Of a stretch of DNA of 64,000 nucleotides, positions 17,539 through 26,332 are shown in pieces. Below the pieces are notes generated by a model, which was not told the origin of the DNA, made no database searches, and saw only the letters and a list, made by a program, of their open reading frames with translations. Every line of letters begins with the position of its first letter. Position 1 is the stretch's first letter. The translations under genes were made by a program, and so were the position numbers. The DNA is from a virus (taxonomy: Duplodnaviria; Caudoviricetes). Location: IMG/VR virus record IMGVR_UViG_3300037455_000250, positions 8,968-72,967 of that record, one strand, 5' to 3'.

Positions 17539-17689
17539 TACACATTTCGCGGGTTTAGAAGGACACTGGTCTTGTGTTGGTTGTAAACACGAACATTTAG
17601 CGTGTGCCGCAGAGCCGTGTTACAGTTGTCGCAACGGAGTGTGTGACGAATGTTTGAACAGAAAAGATAATTGGGAGCCACAAGAATGA
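17528..17689 (+). CDS. small Cys-rich protein
   Basis: CVGCKH...CYSC...CDEC; 3' part of track ORF 17399-17689. Confidence 0.55.
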   Translation: MTSNTHFAGLEGHWSCVGCKHEHLACAAEPCYSCRNGVCDECLNRKDNWEPQE

Positions 17690-18033
17690 ATAGACCAACT
17701 CGTTTTTACTCAAATAAACAGGAAAAGCATATTGCTAAAGTTGTTGGTGGCAAGAAAGTCGCTAATTCTGGTGCCACTGCATTTAATAAAGGTGATGTTA
17801 CATCTGAAAACTGGCTATTTGAGGCAAAGACAAAAACATCTGAAAGTCAATCTATGACGATTAAGAGAGAATGGTTAACAAAGAATAAGGAAGAAATGTT
17901 TGCTATGGGCAAATCGTATTGTGCTTTAGTGTTCGATTTTGGTGATGGTAATAATTATTATGTACTTGATGAAAAAACATTTTTACAGATGAAGGAGGCT
18001 TTAGAGATTAAAGATGAAGATAATTTGCACTAA
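17686..18033 (+). CDS. PD-(D/E)xK Holliday-junction-resolvase-like nuclease
   Basis: QEKHIAK...NSGA...KGDV...FEAKT. Confidence 0.7.
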   Translation: MNRPTRFYSNKQEKHIAKVVGGKKVANSGATAFNKGDVTSENWLFEAKTKTSESQSMTIKREWLTKNKEEMFAMGKSYCALVFDFGDGNNYYVLDEKTFLQMKEALEIKDEDNLH

Positions 18034-18167
18034 ACAGGAGAAAGATAATTTTATCCGAGCAACGATTAATAACAGATACTGTCCATTTTTATTTGAAGAA
18101 AAAACTTTTGAATGTATAAGCAAGTGTGGTATTTGTTGTGAAGAAAATATAGAGTGGGAGATTATTA

Positions 18168-18401
18168 ATGACTAAACAGGAGATTATCGACTATTTGTAT
18201 GATGTTAACTGTTATGCAGACTATACTATTGAGGATATTGCAGAAGATTTAGCAACACCCTGTGGTAGATGGAAACCATATATGGATGACACTTACATTT
18301 GCACAAATTGTTTAAGAAAAGCAAATGGAATGGTTTATCGTATAGACCACTTGTTTTGTAAAGACGAATTGAGTTCATTTTGTCCGTACTGTGGGGGCTG
18401 A
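18168..18401 (+). CDS. small Zn-ribbon protein
   Basis: GRW...CTNC...FCPYCG. Confidence 0.6.
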   Translation: MTKQEIIDYLYDVNCYADYTIEDIAEDLATPCGRWKPYMDDTYICTNCLRKANGMVYRIDHLFCKDELSSFCPYCGG

Positions 18402-18419
18402 TATGCGGGGTGATAACAA

Positions 18420-18707
18420 ATGACAACAATCTATAATCCTTTGAGTGACAATCCAAAATGGCGATATAGTGACGAGAATAACAAGCCAAAAACAAAAATC
18501 CATCCAAGAACTACCGAACAAAAAGCGTCTGCAAAATTATTTGCCAAAGCACTGATGAAAGAAATGAGCCAAGAAGAAATTGCATTATTGCTTTGGGAGG
18601 TCGAGTGTGAAGTTTGTGCATATCATAAATATTGTGCAGGGCGTTGTTCACATAAGCATTGTGCCGATGGATTAAAAGAAACATATTTAGCGAGGTACAA
18701 GAAATGA
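18420..18707 (+). CDS. small Cys-rich protein
   Basis: CEVC...C...C...C. Confidence 0.6.
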   Translation: MTTIYNPLSDNPKWRYSDENNKPKTKIHPRTTEQKASAKLFAKALMKEMSQEEIALLLWEVECEVCAYHKYCAGRCSHKHCADGLKETYLARYKK

Positions 18708-19054
18708 AAGTTGTAATTGATATATCCGCAGATGATTTTAATGCAATTCGTCAAGGTCGTTTATATTTTATCGGACACGATAGGTTAGACCAGTGTATAA
18801 CCGAGGCGTTTCAAAGTTCCACAATCATTCCAAAAGGACACGGAGATTTGATTGACAGAAATGCTTTCATTAAAAAGACAACAAATCTGTATTGTGAAAA
18901 TTGCGAGCGTAGAATGGGAATGAAAAAAGGCAAAAAGCAATTTGTATATGATATTGGAGACGCGCCTTGTCGAGCGTGTGAAGTATGCGATTTGATTGAT
19001 GATGTTGAAAACGCCCAGACAGTAATTGAGGCAGATAAGGAGAATGAAAAATGA
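18704..19054 (+). CDS. hypothetical protein (paralog of 15859-16200) with Cys insert
   Basis: MKVVIDI...IPKGHGDLI...CENC...CRAC...VENAQTVIE. Confidence 0.7.
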   Translation: MKVVIDISADDFNAIRQGRLYFIGHDRLDQCITEAFQSSTIIPKGHGDLIDRNAFIKKTTNLYCENCERRMGMKKGKKQFVYDIGDAPCRACEVCDLIDDVENAQTVIEADKENEK

Positions 19055-19215
19055 GCATTGAAAACGGAAAAGTTTGTTGTAATTGCCGACACAATATCAG
19101 AACAGGTGAAGTGCCAAAAATAGAATGTCATTGTGACATTGATGGTTCATGCATTGGTTATGTTCGAAGTAAGGTACATTGGTGTAAGCATTGGAGTAAG
19201 GAGAATAAAGAATGA
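19051..19215 (+). CDS. small Cys-rich protein
   Basis: CCNCRH...C..C...C; ATGA coupling; absent from the ORF track. Confidence 0.55.
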   Translation: MSIENGKVCCNCRHNIRTGEVPKIECHCDIDGSCIGYVRSKVHWCKHWSKENKE

Positions 19216-19415
19216 AATGCCCATATCAGACCATAACAACAGTTGAAACAATAAAGGCTATGGCAAAAGTAAATGAAGATATGCAAGTAGTAAAGACATA
19301 TTTTGCAGAGTGCTACAAAGAAGAATGTCCTTGGTATGTACCTGAAAGACAATTTAGTGGCGGAATTATCACAACAGACTATTGTTTAAGAGTAAGTAAG
19401 GAGAATAAAGAATGA
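19212..19415 (+). CDS. small Cys-rich protein
   Basis: MKCPY...ECYKEECPWY...YC; AAGGAG RBS. Confidence 0.7.
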   Translation: MKCPYQTITTVETIKAMAKVNEDMQVVKTYFAECYKEECPWYVPERQFSGGIITTDYCLRVSKENKE

Positions 19416-19588
19416 AACAGTATAAATCCACAGAGATAAGATGTTTGCGGTGCAATACTAAAGTAGGTGTAATACTTATGACAGAACCTATCGAAACGGT
19501 AAAAGCATTATGTCCTACCTGTGCATATATCGTACAACACCTTAACGGCGGCAGAGTTACCGCATATAGTAAAGGAGAGAAAGAATGA
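19412..19588 (+). CDS. small Zn-ribbon protein
   Basis: CLRC...CPTC; AAGGAG RBS; absent from the ORF track. Confidence 0.6.
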   Translation: MKQYKSTEIRCLRCNTKVGVILMTEPIETVKALCPTCAYIVQHLNGGRVTAYSKGEKE

Positions 19589-19824
19589 CAGATTATCAGA
19601 AAGGTTATCAAGACGGCTACAAAGACGCAAAAGAAGAAAGACCGCAAGGCGAGTGGATTAAGAACGAGGGAAAAGATATAAGAGATAATTTTTACACCTG
19701 TTCAAAGTGCGGCAGAAGTATCAATGTCATTTGTGGTGAAACAATAGAAGATTATCCATTCTGTCATTGTGGTGCAGATATGAGAGAGGTGATAAAGAAT
19801 GAACAACGATTTAATCAGCCGTGA
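19585..19824 (+). CDS. small Zn-ribbon protein
   Basis: RPQGEWI...CSKCG...FCHCGADMR. Confidence 0.7.
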   Translation: MTDYQKGYQDGYKDAKEERPQGEWIKNEGKDIRDNFYTCSKCGRSINVICGETIEDYPFCHCGADMREVIKNEQRFNQP

Positions 19825-20176
19825 GGCTTTGAAAAAGGAATTGCATAATTTCTTTGATGGAAAAGTTATTAATGAACCTACTTATATTTTGCGTGATGTT
19901 TTTTGTCATATTGACAATGCTCCGACAGAACCATTACCTGATTTCAAAGAAGGTTACAAGCAAGCCATAATTGACGGAAAGACTAACTATTCAAGACCAC
20001 AAGGCGAGTGGATAGAATGTACTAAATCGGGTATGCCTTTAACAGAATATGGAAGAATGACGGGCGAAAAGTGGTATGGGTTTAAGTGTTCACAATGCAA
20101 TTTCATATACAAAGGAAATGCTTTAATTGAAAGTCCTTACTGTCAAAAGTGCGGTGCAAAAATGACGATAGGCTAA
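19799..20176 (+). CDS. Zn-ribbon protein
   Basis: MNNDLISRE...IDNAPT...RPQGEWI...CSQC...YCQKCGAKM. Confidence 0.7.
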   Translation: MNNDLISREALKKELHNFFDGKVINEPTYILRDVFCHIDNAPTEPLPDFKEGYKQAIIDGKTNYSRPQGEWIECTKSGMPLTEYGRMTGEKWYGFKCSQCNFIYKGNALIESPYCQKCGAKMTIG

Positions 20177-20203
20177 TTCACTAAAATTGAAAGGCGGTGC
20201 GGA

Positions 20204-20395
20204 ATGAAGTATAGTTTACCATTAGAAACTGCATTACACGATTTATATATGATAAAACAAGGATATGAGCCAGATGGTATCTATCCTGCGTGTCTTGATG
20301 TTGCTATTGAATTATGTAAGGAACGAATAGAACACGAACATAGGTTAGAAAATATGGTTAATGAACTTGCGAGAGAGCATAATGCAGATGAATAA
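20204..20395 (+). CDS. hypothetical protein
   Basis: 63 aa with RBS. Confidence 0.6.
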   Translation: MKYSLPLETALHDLYMIKQGYEPDGIYPACLDVAIELCKERIEHEHRLENMVNELAREHNADE

Positions 20396-21038
20396 TCGAA
20401 CCTTTACAATATTAATATTGTCGTTATCTGTGTATTTATTGTTCTTGTGCTTTAGCGTGTTTGCAATAAATAACAGAGAAGATAAGGCACGATTACAACC
20501 AGTTTATACGGATATTCCAGCAAAAGATTTATATGTTGAGTTGCCAGATATAGAGTATATTCATCCCGTAATGTCTAATCTTGGTGAATTACAAGAACAG
20601 TACAGAGTAGTGGAAATAACATATAAAGAAATGCGACTAACATATTTAGGTACATATTTTATAACGGCATATTGTCCTGCTGAATGTGGTGGCTCTTGGT
20701 CTACTGCAAGCGGAGAAACTTGTCATAGAGCCGATTATGAGGACAGATTAGTTGAGCCTACTACTTGTGCAATAGATAGGCGTTTTCATTCTTTTGGAGA
20801 TACCTTCTATATAGAGGAATTTGACCGTACATTTGTTGCGGAAGATACTGGACCCGGAGTTCAAGGACATTGGTTAGATTTGTTTTATGAGGATTATGAT
20901 GATGTGTTATCATTCCCAACAGGATATTATACTGTGTACTCTGTTGAATGGGTTGATGTTACATTTATAACTGGTGAATATGAAGAAGGATATTTATTAT
21001 ATGAGCCCCCTACAAGTCAATATGAACGTGTAAATTAG
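20382..21038 (+). CDS. membrane-anchored 3D-domain (MltA-like) protein
   Basis: N-terminal TM; ITAYC...TASG...CAIDRR...GDTFYI...AEDTG...LDLF. Confidence 0.8.
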   Translation: MQMNNRTFTILILSLSVYLLFLCFSVFAINNREDKARLQPVYTDIPAKDLYVELPDIEYIHPVMSNLGELQEQYRVVEITYKEMRLTYLGTYFITAYCPAECGGSWSTASGETCHRADYEDRLVEPTTCAIDRRFHSFGDTFYIEEFDRTFVAEDTGPGVQGHWLDLFYEDYDDVLSFPTGYYTVYSVEWVDVTFITGEYEEGYLLYEPPTSQYERVN

Positions 21039-21041
21039 TTA

Positions 21042-21074
21042 TTGATTTTTAATCAAACATTTAGTATAATGTTT
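21042..21074 (+). promoter_or_regulatory. sigma-A promoter with palindromic operator
   Basis: TTGATT-17-TATAAT; AAACATT-N6-AATGTTT. Confidence 0.75.
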
Positions 21075-21115
21075 ACAGATAGTAAGATAATACTATTAGA
21101 AAGTGAGGTTATTCT

Positions 21116-21304
21116 ATGAAACGAAATAAGAGTGGGTCAGTCACACTAACAGAGAACGATTTTAGGGATATTTCAACAGATGTAGCCGCAGAGATATGTC
21201 AAAAGTTAGAGTGTGCTCCTAACGCAATATTATTATCTGCATTATTATGTGCTGAAATTTCAAAACGCATTTTTGATAATGAATTAATCATTGAGGAGAG
21301 GTAA
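21116..21304 (+). CDS. hypothetical protein
   Basis: GAAAGTGAGGT RBS. Confidence 0.65.
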   Translation: MKRNKSGSVTLTENDFRDISTDVAAEICQKLECAPNAILLSALLCAEISKRIFDNELIIEER

Positions 21305-21898
21305 TATGCCTGAAGATGAATTTGCAATTAAATCTAAGGACTTATATGACATCCTCGATAATCGTAAAAATATGGTATTAAAACTTGTTTATGGTAAAGT
21401 TGACTATGAAACATATAGACAGATTGAAGAGGTGTTTGAGGTTAAAGTATGAGTGAGTACAGATGTACGCAACGCTGGTGTTGTAGTGGAGATTGTAGCG
21501 AATGTGATAACTATACTCCTGAGTTCGACAAAGAGGCGTATGATGAATACTACAATATGTTAGAGGATAGAGAAAGAGATGGAAATTGATTTAACAGAAG
21601 AAGAATTGGAACATATTAATTATGCTTTATATGTAACAGAAATGCAGATGGGTTTAGCAACATTCACATTAACAGGTATGTTAGAAACACAAAAGAAAAT
21701 AAAATCAGCAATCGAAGGAGTTGCAAATGAATGAGCCTAAAGACAGTTTGTTATGTGATGTATGCAGAACTTGTATGAGGCGTAAGCGTTGTCCAAAAGC
21801 ACTAACTTATCCGCAAATAGATAAGTGCAACGCACACAGAACGAGTAAAAAACGCGGCCAAGAACCGCCAAATAAAAAACATAAGGAGACAGAACAAA

Positions 21899-22087
21899 AT
21901 GAAAGAAACAAAACCAACAAAAGAGCAGTTTGAGGAGTATGTAGCAATCAGAGATAGTGGAGTAACTAATATGTTTGATGTTAAGTTTATTGAAGGTTGC
22001 TCTTATTCTGGTCTTACAAAAGAGCACTGTATTTACATTATGAAACATTTTGAAGAATTAGCAGATGAATACGAGGTAGCAGTATGA
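21899..22087 (+). CDS. hypothetical protein (DUF5049-like)
   Basis: AIRDSGVTNMFD motif. Confidence 0.55.
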   Translation: MKETKPTKEQFEEYVAIRDSGVTNMFDVKFIEGCSYSGLTKEHCIYIMKHFEELADEYEVAV

Positions 22088-22308
22088 GAGGACAGAGAAA
22101 CGCAATTCTTAATCATTTGAAGTCAGGCAAGTCAATCACAAGTAAAGAGGCATTTGAGTTGTATGGAGTAACTCGTTTGTCAGCAATCATTCACGATTTA
22201 AGGTGTATGGGCTATCCTATTCATGCTTTCACAGTTGAAGGTACTACAAGATTTGGTGATAGTTGCAGATATGCGAAATACATTTTAGGAAAGACAGAGG
22301 AAGAGTAA
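22084..22308 (+). CDS. winged HTH protein
   Basis: ILNHLKSGKSITSKEAFELYGVTRLSAIIHDLR..GYPI. Confidence 0.8.
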   Translation: MRGQRNAILNHLKSGKSITSKEAFELYGVTRLSAIIHDLRCMGYPIHAFTVEGTTRFGDSCRYAKYILGKTEEE

Positions 22309-22309
22309 T

Positions 22310-22546
22310 ATGGGCGAAGATGTAAAAGAATTAGTTGAAAGACTTACTAATTTAGAGGTCAAATCAAGATATTTGGACACACTCGTTTCTGTGCTTTTGA
22401 GCGGTATGGAAAAAGGATATACAAAAGGAGAATATAGATTTTATAGCGACACAGAGGTTTGTGCGTTAATAAAACTTATCGCACCAGGCGCGTTTAATCT
22501 TCGAGTTGCAGAATTGGAAAAAGACAAAGTAAAGGGGGAAGACTAA
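22310..22546 (+). CDS. hypothetical protein
   Basis: coupled ORF. Confidence 0.65.
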   Translation: MGEDVKELVERLTNLEVKSRYLDTLVSVLLSGMEKGYTKGEYRFYSDTEVCALIKLIAPGAFNLRVAELEKDKVKGED

Positions 22547-22788
22547 TGACAGGATTAATTGTTGCAGTAACAATATTAGGAACATCATTTGTAGCATATG
22601 CAATATATAGTTTTATCCGTATGTATCAAATGACAAGAAATATGGACGCAATCGCACAGTGTTTTTTGACAATCGTGACACATCCAGAAGATGTGGATAT
22701 TATTGAAGATTACTCAACTAATGGCACAACATCAAAGTGTATGAAGTCTGATTGGAATTTTCCTAATACGGAGGGCGGTTTTCAATGA
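22546..22788 (+). CDS. small membrane protein
   Basis: N-terminal TM helix. Confidence 0.65.
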   Translation: MTGLIVAVTILGTSFVAYAIYSFIRMYQMTRNMDAIAQCFLTIVTHPEDVDIIEDYSTNGTTSKCMKSDWNFPNTEGGFQ

Positions 22789-23804
22789 GCGTATCACTTG
22801 CAATAAAATATAGACCCCAAAAGTTTGACGAGGTGGTAGAGCAATCTGCCACCAAGGTCATTCTCAAACAACAATTAGATAGCGGAGATATTAAGAACGC
22901 ATATTTATTCTGTGGTGGTGCAGGTACAGGCAAAACAACTTGTGCCAGAATATTTGCGAATGAAATTAATAAGGGTAAGGGTCTTCCCATTGAGTTAGAC
23001 GCCGCAAGTAATAACTCCGTAGATGATGTAAGAGAGATTATTCAGCAAGCCAAAACAAACGCATTAGATAGTGAGTATAAAGTGTTTATTATGGATGAAG
23101 TCCACGCACTATCAAACAATGCGTGGCAGGCTATGTTGAAGATACTCGAAGAACCACCAAAAAAGTCCATATTCATTATGTGTACGACAGACCCACAGAA
23201 GATACCAAAGACAATTCTTTCAAGAGTGCAGAGATACAATTTCCAACGAATTAGTCATAAGGCGATTGTTGAGAGATTATGGTATGTGGTTAAGTGTGAG
23301 TTTGAGAACGGTTACCAAATTCGAGCCACAGATGAGGCTCTTGATTTTATCGCAAAGCAGGCACAGGGCGGAATGAGGGACGCTTTGACAATGCTTGATA
23401 AGTGTCTCGCATATTCAGAAGATTTAACCATTGATAGTGTTGTTAAGGCATTAGGAATGTCTGATTATTCTTATATGATTGACTTGTTATATGCGGTTGT
23501 AATCGTAGATTGTAAAGGTCAGATAGATGTTATCAATAAAGTATATATGTCTGGTATTGACTTAAAGCAGTTTATTAAGGACTTTACAGTCTTTGTGTTA
23601 GATTGTTGCAAGTATGATTTACAGGTAGATTTTAAGCATTGTTCTTGTCCTGATACACCAGACATTTGTGATGTGTTTGAGAGTGCTTGTAAAGATATAG
23701 ATATTATTAACTTGTTACGCAGTCTTATTAGATTGCAAACAGATATTAAATGGGACACTAATCCGAAGAGCCGTCTGGAAGCCTGGTGCATAACTGGTGA
23801 ATAA
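22785..23804 (+). CDS. dnaX: DNA polymerase III gamma/tau-like clamp loader ATPase
   Basis: LAIKYRPQKF, GGAGTGKTT, ELDAASNNSVDD, MDEVHAL, LKILEEPP, ILSRVQ, GGMRDA. Confidence 0.95.
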   Translation: MSVSLAIKYRPQKFDEVVEQSATKVILKQQLDSGDIKNAYLFCGGAGTGKTTCARIFANEINKGKGLPIELDAASNNSVDDVREIIQQAKTNALDSEYKVFIMDEVHALSNNAWQAMLKILEEPPKKSIFIMCTTDPQKIPKTILSRVQRYNFQRISHKAIVERLWYVVKCEFENGYQIRATDEALDFIAKQAQGGMRDALTMLDKCLAYSEDLTIDSVVKALGMSDYSYMIDLLYAVVIVDCKGQIDVINKVYMSGIDLKQFIKDFTVFVLDCCKYDLQVDFKHCSCPDTPDICDVFESACKDIDIINLLRSLIRLQTDIKWDTNPKSRLEAWCITGE

Positions 23805-23860
23805 GTGCTATTGTGTACTATTTTATTGTGTGATATATTGTATGTGAAAGGAGCGTTTAT

Positions 23861-24535
23861 ATGAAATCATACAAAGTATATATTCACACATTTCCCAATA
23901 ATAAGCGTTATGTTGGCATTACAAGCAGTAGCACATTACACCGTTGGGGTGACCATGGACAAGGTTATGCAAATCAAAAATTGATGTGGAGAGCAATTCA
24001 AAAATACGGTTGGGATAATATCCAACACATTGTTATTGCAGACAATCTTACTAAAAAACAGGCGTGTGCATTAGAGATACAGTTAATTGCTCTCTTTCAA
24101 TCAAATAAACCAAGATATGGCTATAATGTTTCAGACGGAGGAAATATTCCTGCGCCTCGTTCAGAAGAAACACAAAGACGCATTACTGAAAAATTGCGTG
24201 GTAGAAAACTCTCGGAAGAAACAAAAAAGAAAATATCAAAAAGCCATCTTGGAGAATTAAACGCATTTTATGGTAAAAAGCACACGGAAGAAACAATAAC
24301 TAAATTAAGAATTGCACATACGGGTAAAAAAGCAACAGAGCGTACAAAACAAAAGTTAAGCGAACAACGGAAAGGAAAACATAAGTCGCAAGAGCATAAA
24401 AACAAATTGAGTAAGTCTTTGCTTGGACATTCTGTATCTGAGGAAACTCGATTGAAAATGTCATTGGCTAAAAAAGGACGAAAATTGTCAGAAGAAACTC
24501 GCAGAAAAATGAGCGAGGCACATAAACGAAAATAA
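23861..24535 (+). mobile_element. free-standing GIY-YIG homing endonuclease with NUMOD3-like repeats
   Basis: YKVYIH...KRYVGIT...RW, GYNVSDGG, repeated SEET(K/R)xKIS; inserted at the dnaX 3' end. Confidence 0.9.
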
Positions 24536-24537
24536 TA

Positions 24538-24573
24538 TCAAGAATAGAGGCTTGGTGTATTGCAAAGGAGTAA
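24538..24573 (+). pseudogene. stranded original 3' end of dnaX
   Basis: encodes SRIEAWCIAKE*, against the current dnaX end SRLEAWCITGE*. Confidence 0.8.
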
Positions 24574-24575
24574 CT

Positions 24576-25391
24576 ATGATTGGACAGACAGTATTAAGAG
24601 AGCGTATTAACGGTCAGATAGAGCGTAAGAAATTTCCGAGATTTTCAATCTTAATAGGTGAAAAGGGAAGTGGTAAGAAAACACTTGCCAAAGAGATTGC
24701 AAAGAATTTGGGAATAAGTGCCGTAATGACAGAAACCACAGTTGATAACATTCGACAGGTAATAGACGATTGTTATAAGATTATTGAGCCGTTGGTGTTT
24801 ATATTACCAGACTGTGACAATATGTCCTCTGCGGCGGCTAATGCTCTTTTGAAAGTAACAGAGGAACCTCCGCAAAGAGCCTACTTTATCCTTACCTGTG
24901 AAAGTATTGACAATCTTCTACCAACACTTAAAAGTCGTGGCGTAACTTATATGCTTGAACCTTATTCGTATGAGGATAAATGTGATTATCTTGATAATCT
25001 TGAAATGTCAGATGAAGATATGGAGTTTATTCTTGGAGTATCTTCAACTATAGGCGATGTTAAAACTATGTCAGAAATGAACATCACGGAGTTTAAAGAT
25101 TATGTTGAGTTGGTAATAGATAATATCGCAGAGGTATCTGTCAGCAACGCATTTAAGATAGGTGATAAGATTGCTCTTAAAGATGAGGAAGACAAATATA
25201 ATCTTAAACTTTTCTGGAAAGCGTTTAACGCAGTATGTGTGGACAGAATGAAACAAAGCGATTATCCTGTTATGTATTCAAACGCAATCGCAATTACTGG
25301 TGATTTTGCTCAACAGTTACATATAAGAGGTATAAACAAGCAAATGCTATTTGATGGTTGGCTACTTAAAATCAGAGAGGCTTGGGTATGA
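24576..25391 (+). CDS. holB: clamp loader delta-prime-like subunit
   Basis: GEKGSGKKTLA, VDNIR, AANALLKVTEEPP, LLPTLKSRG. Confidence 0.9.
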   Translation: MIGQTVLRERINGQIERKKFPRFSILIGEKGSGKKTLAKEIAKNLGISAVMTETTVDNIRQVIDDCYKIIEPLVFILPDCDNMSSAAANALLKVTEEPPQRAYFILTCESIDNLLPTLKSRGVTYMLEPYSYEDKCDYLDNLEMSDEDMEFILGVSSTIGDVKTMSEMNITEFKDYVELVIDNIAEVSVSNAFKIGDKIALKDEEDKYNLKLFWKAFNAVCVDRMKQSDYPVMYSNAIAITGDFAQQLHIRGINKQMLFDGWLLKIREAWV

Positions 25392-26332
25392 ACATTACTG
25401 ATGTTAAAACTCAAATCAAGAACAAGGATATACAGTCATACTATATCTTTGCTGGTGATGAGATTGAGATACAGAGAATATACATTAACAAGATTGCAGA
25501 GGTACTTGGCTATGAAGTAGTTAGAGCGGACACAATCGCAGATGTTTGGTCAAGTATCATAACACCAGCTTTGTTTGATAAACCTTGTGTGTATGTTGTT
25601 CGTGACGATAAAGACCTATTACAAAATGAAAAGTTAAATGAAAAGTTAAATAGTAAAACGGAAAACTTAAATGATAATGTCATTATCAATTTGATAACAA
25701 CAGTAGATAAGCGTACAAAATGGTATAAAGCAAATAGCGATAAAATCATTCTATTTGAGCGTTTAAGTGATACAGTCTTAAAGAAATACATTCAGCGTGA
25801 GATAGCACTAAATAACGCTAATTGTGAGCGTTTAATCGCTATATGTGAGAGTGATTATTCACGCATACTTTTAGAGATAGACAAAATCAAACGCTATGTT
25901 AATTATTTAGGACCGGCAGAGTTGTTTGACGGAGTATTTGTGAAGTTAGTTGAAGATGGGACAATTTACACGCCACCTAAAGACGCAATCTTTGATTTAG
26001 TGGACGCTATATTAAAGAGAAATGTTCCGCTTGTGTATGACTTGCTTGAACAGTGTTATGCAGTTGGAGAGGCAAATATGGTTATCTTGTCTGTTCTATA
26101 TAACAATGCAAAACAGGTGTTACAAGTTCAAGCGTGTGAAAGTTCGGATGTTTGTAAGTCAACAGGATTAACTTCTTGGCAAGTAAAGTGTGCAAAAGAA
26201 AAATGTGGTCATTATTCTCTTGGCGAGTTGGAACGCATTTTGAAATTGATACAAGAAACACAGAAAGGAATAATCACAGGACAGATTGAAGATAGTTTGT
26301 CCGTAGAAAGATTATTGGTAGAGATTTTATGA
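25388..26332 (+). CDS. holA: clamp loader delta-like subunit
   Basis: YYIFAGDE, LF..P, DKRTKWYK, EIDKI, AIFDLVDAI; follows dnaX/holB. Confidence 0.85.
   Translation: MNITDVKTQIKNKDIQSYYIFAGDEIEIQRIYINKIAEVLGYEVVRADTIADVWSSIITPALFDKPCVYVVRDDKDLLQNEKLNEKLNSKTENLNDNVIINLITTVDKRTKWYKANSDKIILFERLSDTVLKKYIQREIALNNANCERLIAICESDYSRILLEIDKIKRYVNYLGPAELFDGVFVKLVEDGTIYTPPKDAIFDLVDAILKRNVPLVYDLLEQCYAVGEANMVILSVLYNNAKQVLQVQACESSDVCKSTGLTSWQVKCAKEKCGHYSLGELERILKLIQETQKGIITGQIEDSLSVERLLVEIL

Noticed and set aside
23805-24575. Group I intron carrying the GIY-YIG gene
   Set aside because: Only about 55 nt precede and 2 nt follow the ORF, too little for a catalytic core; dnaX already has an intact stop
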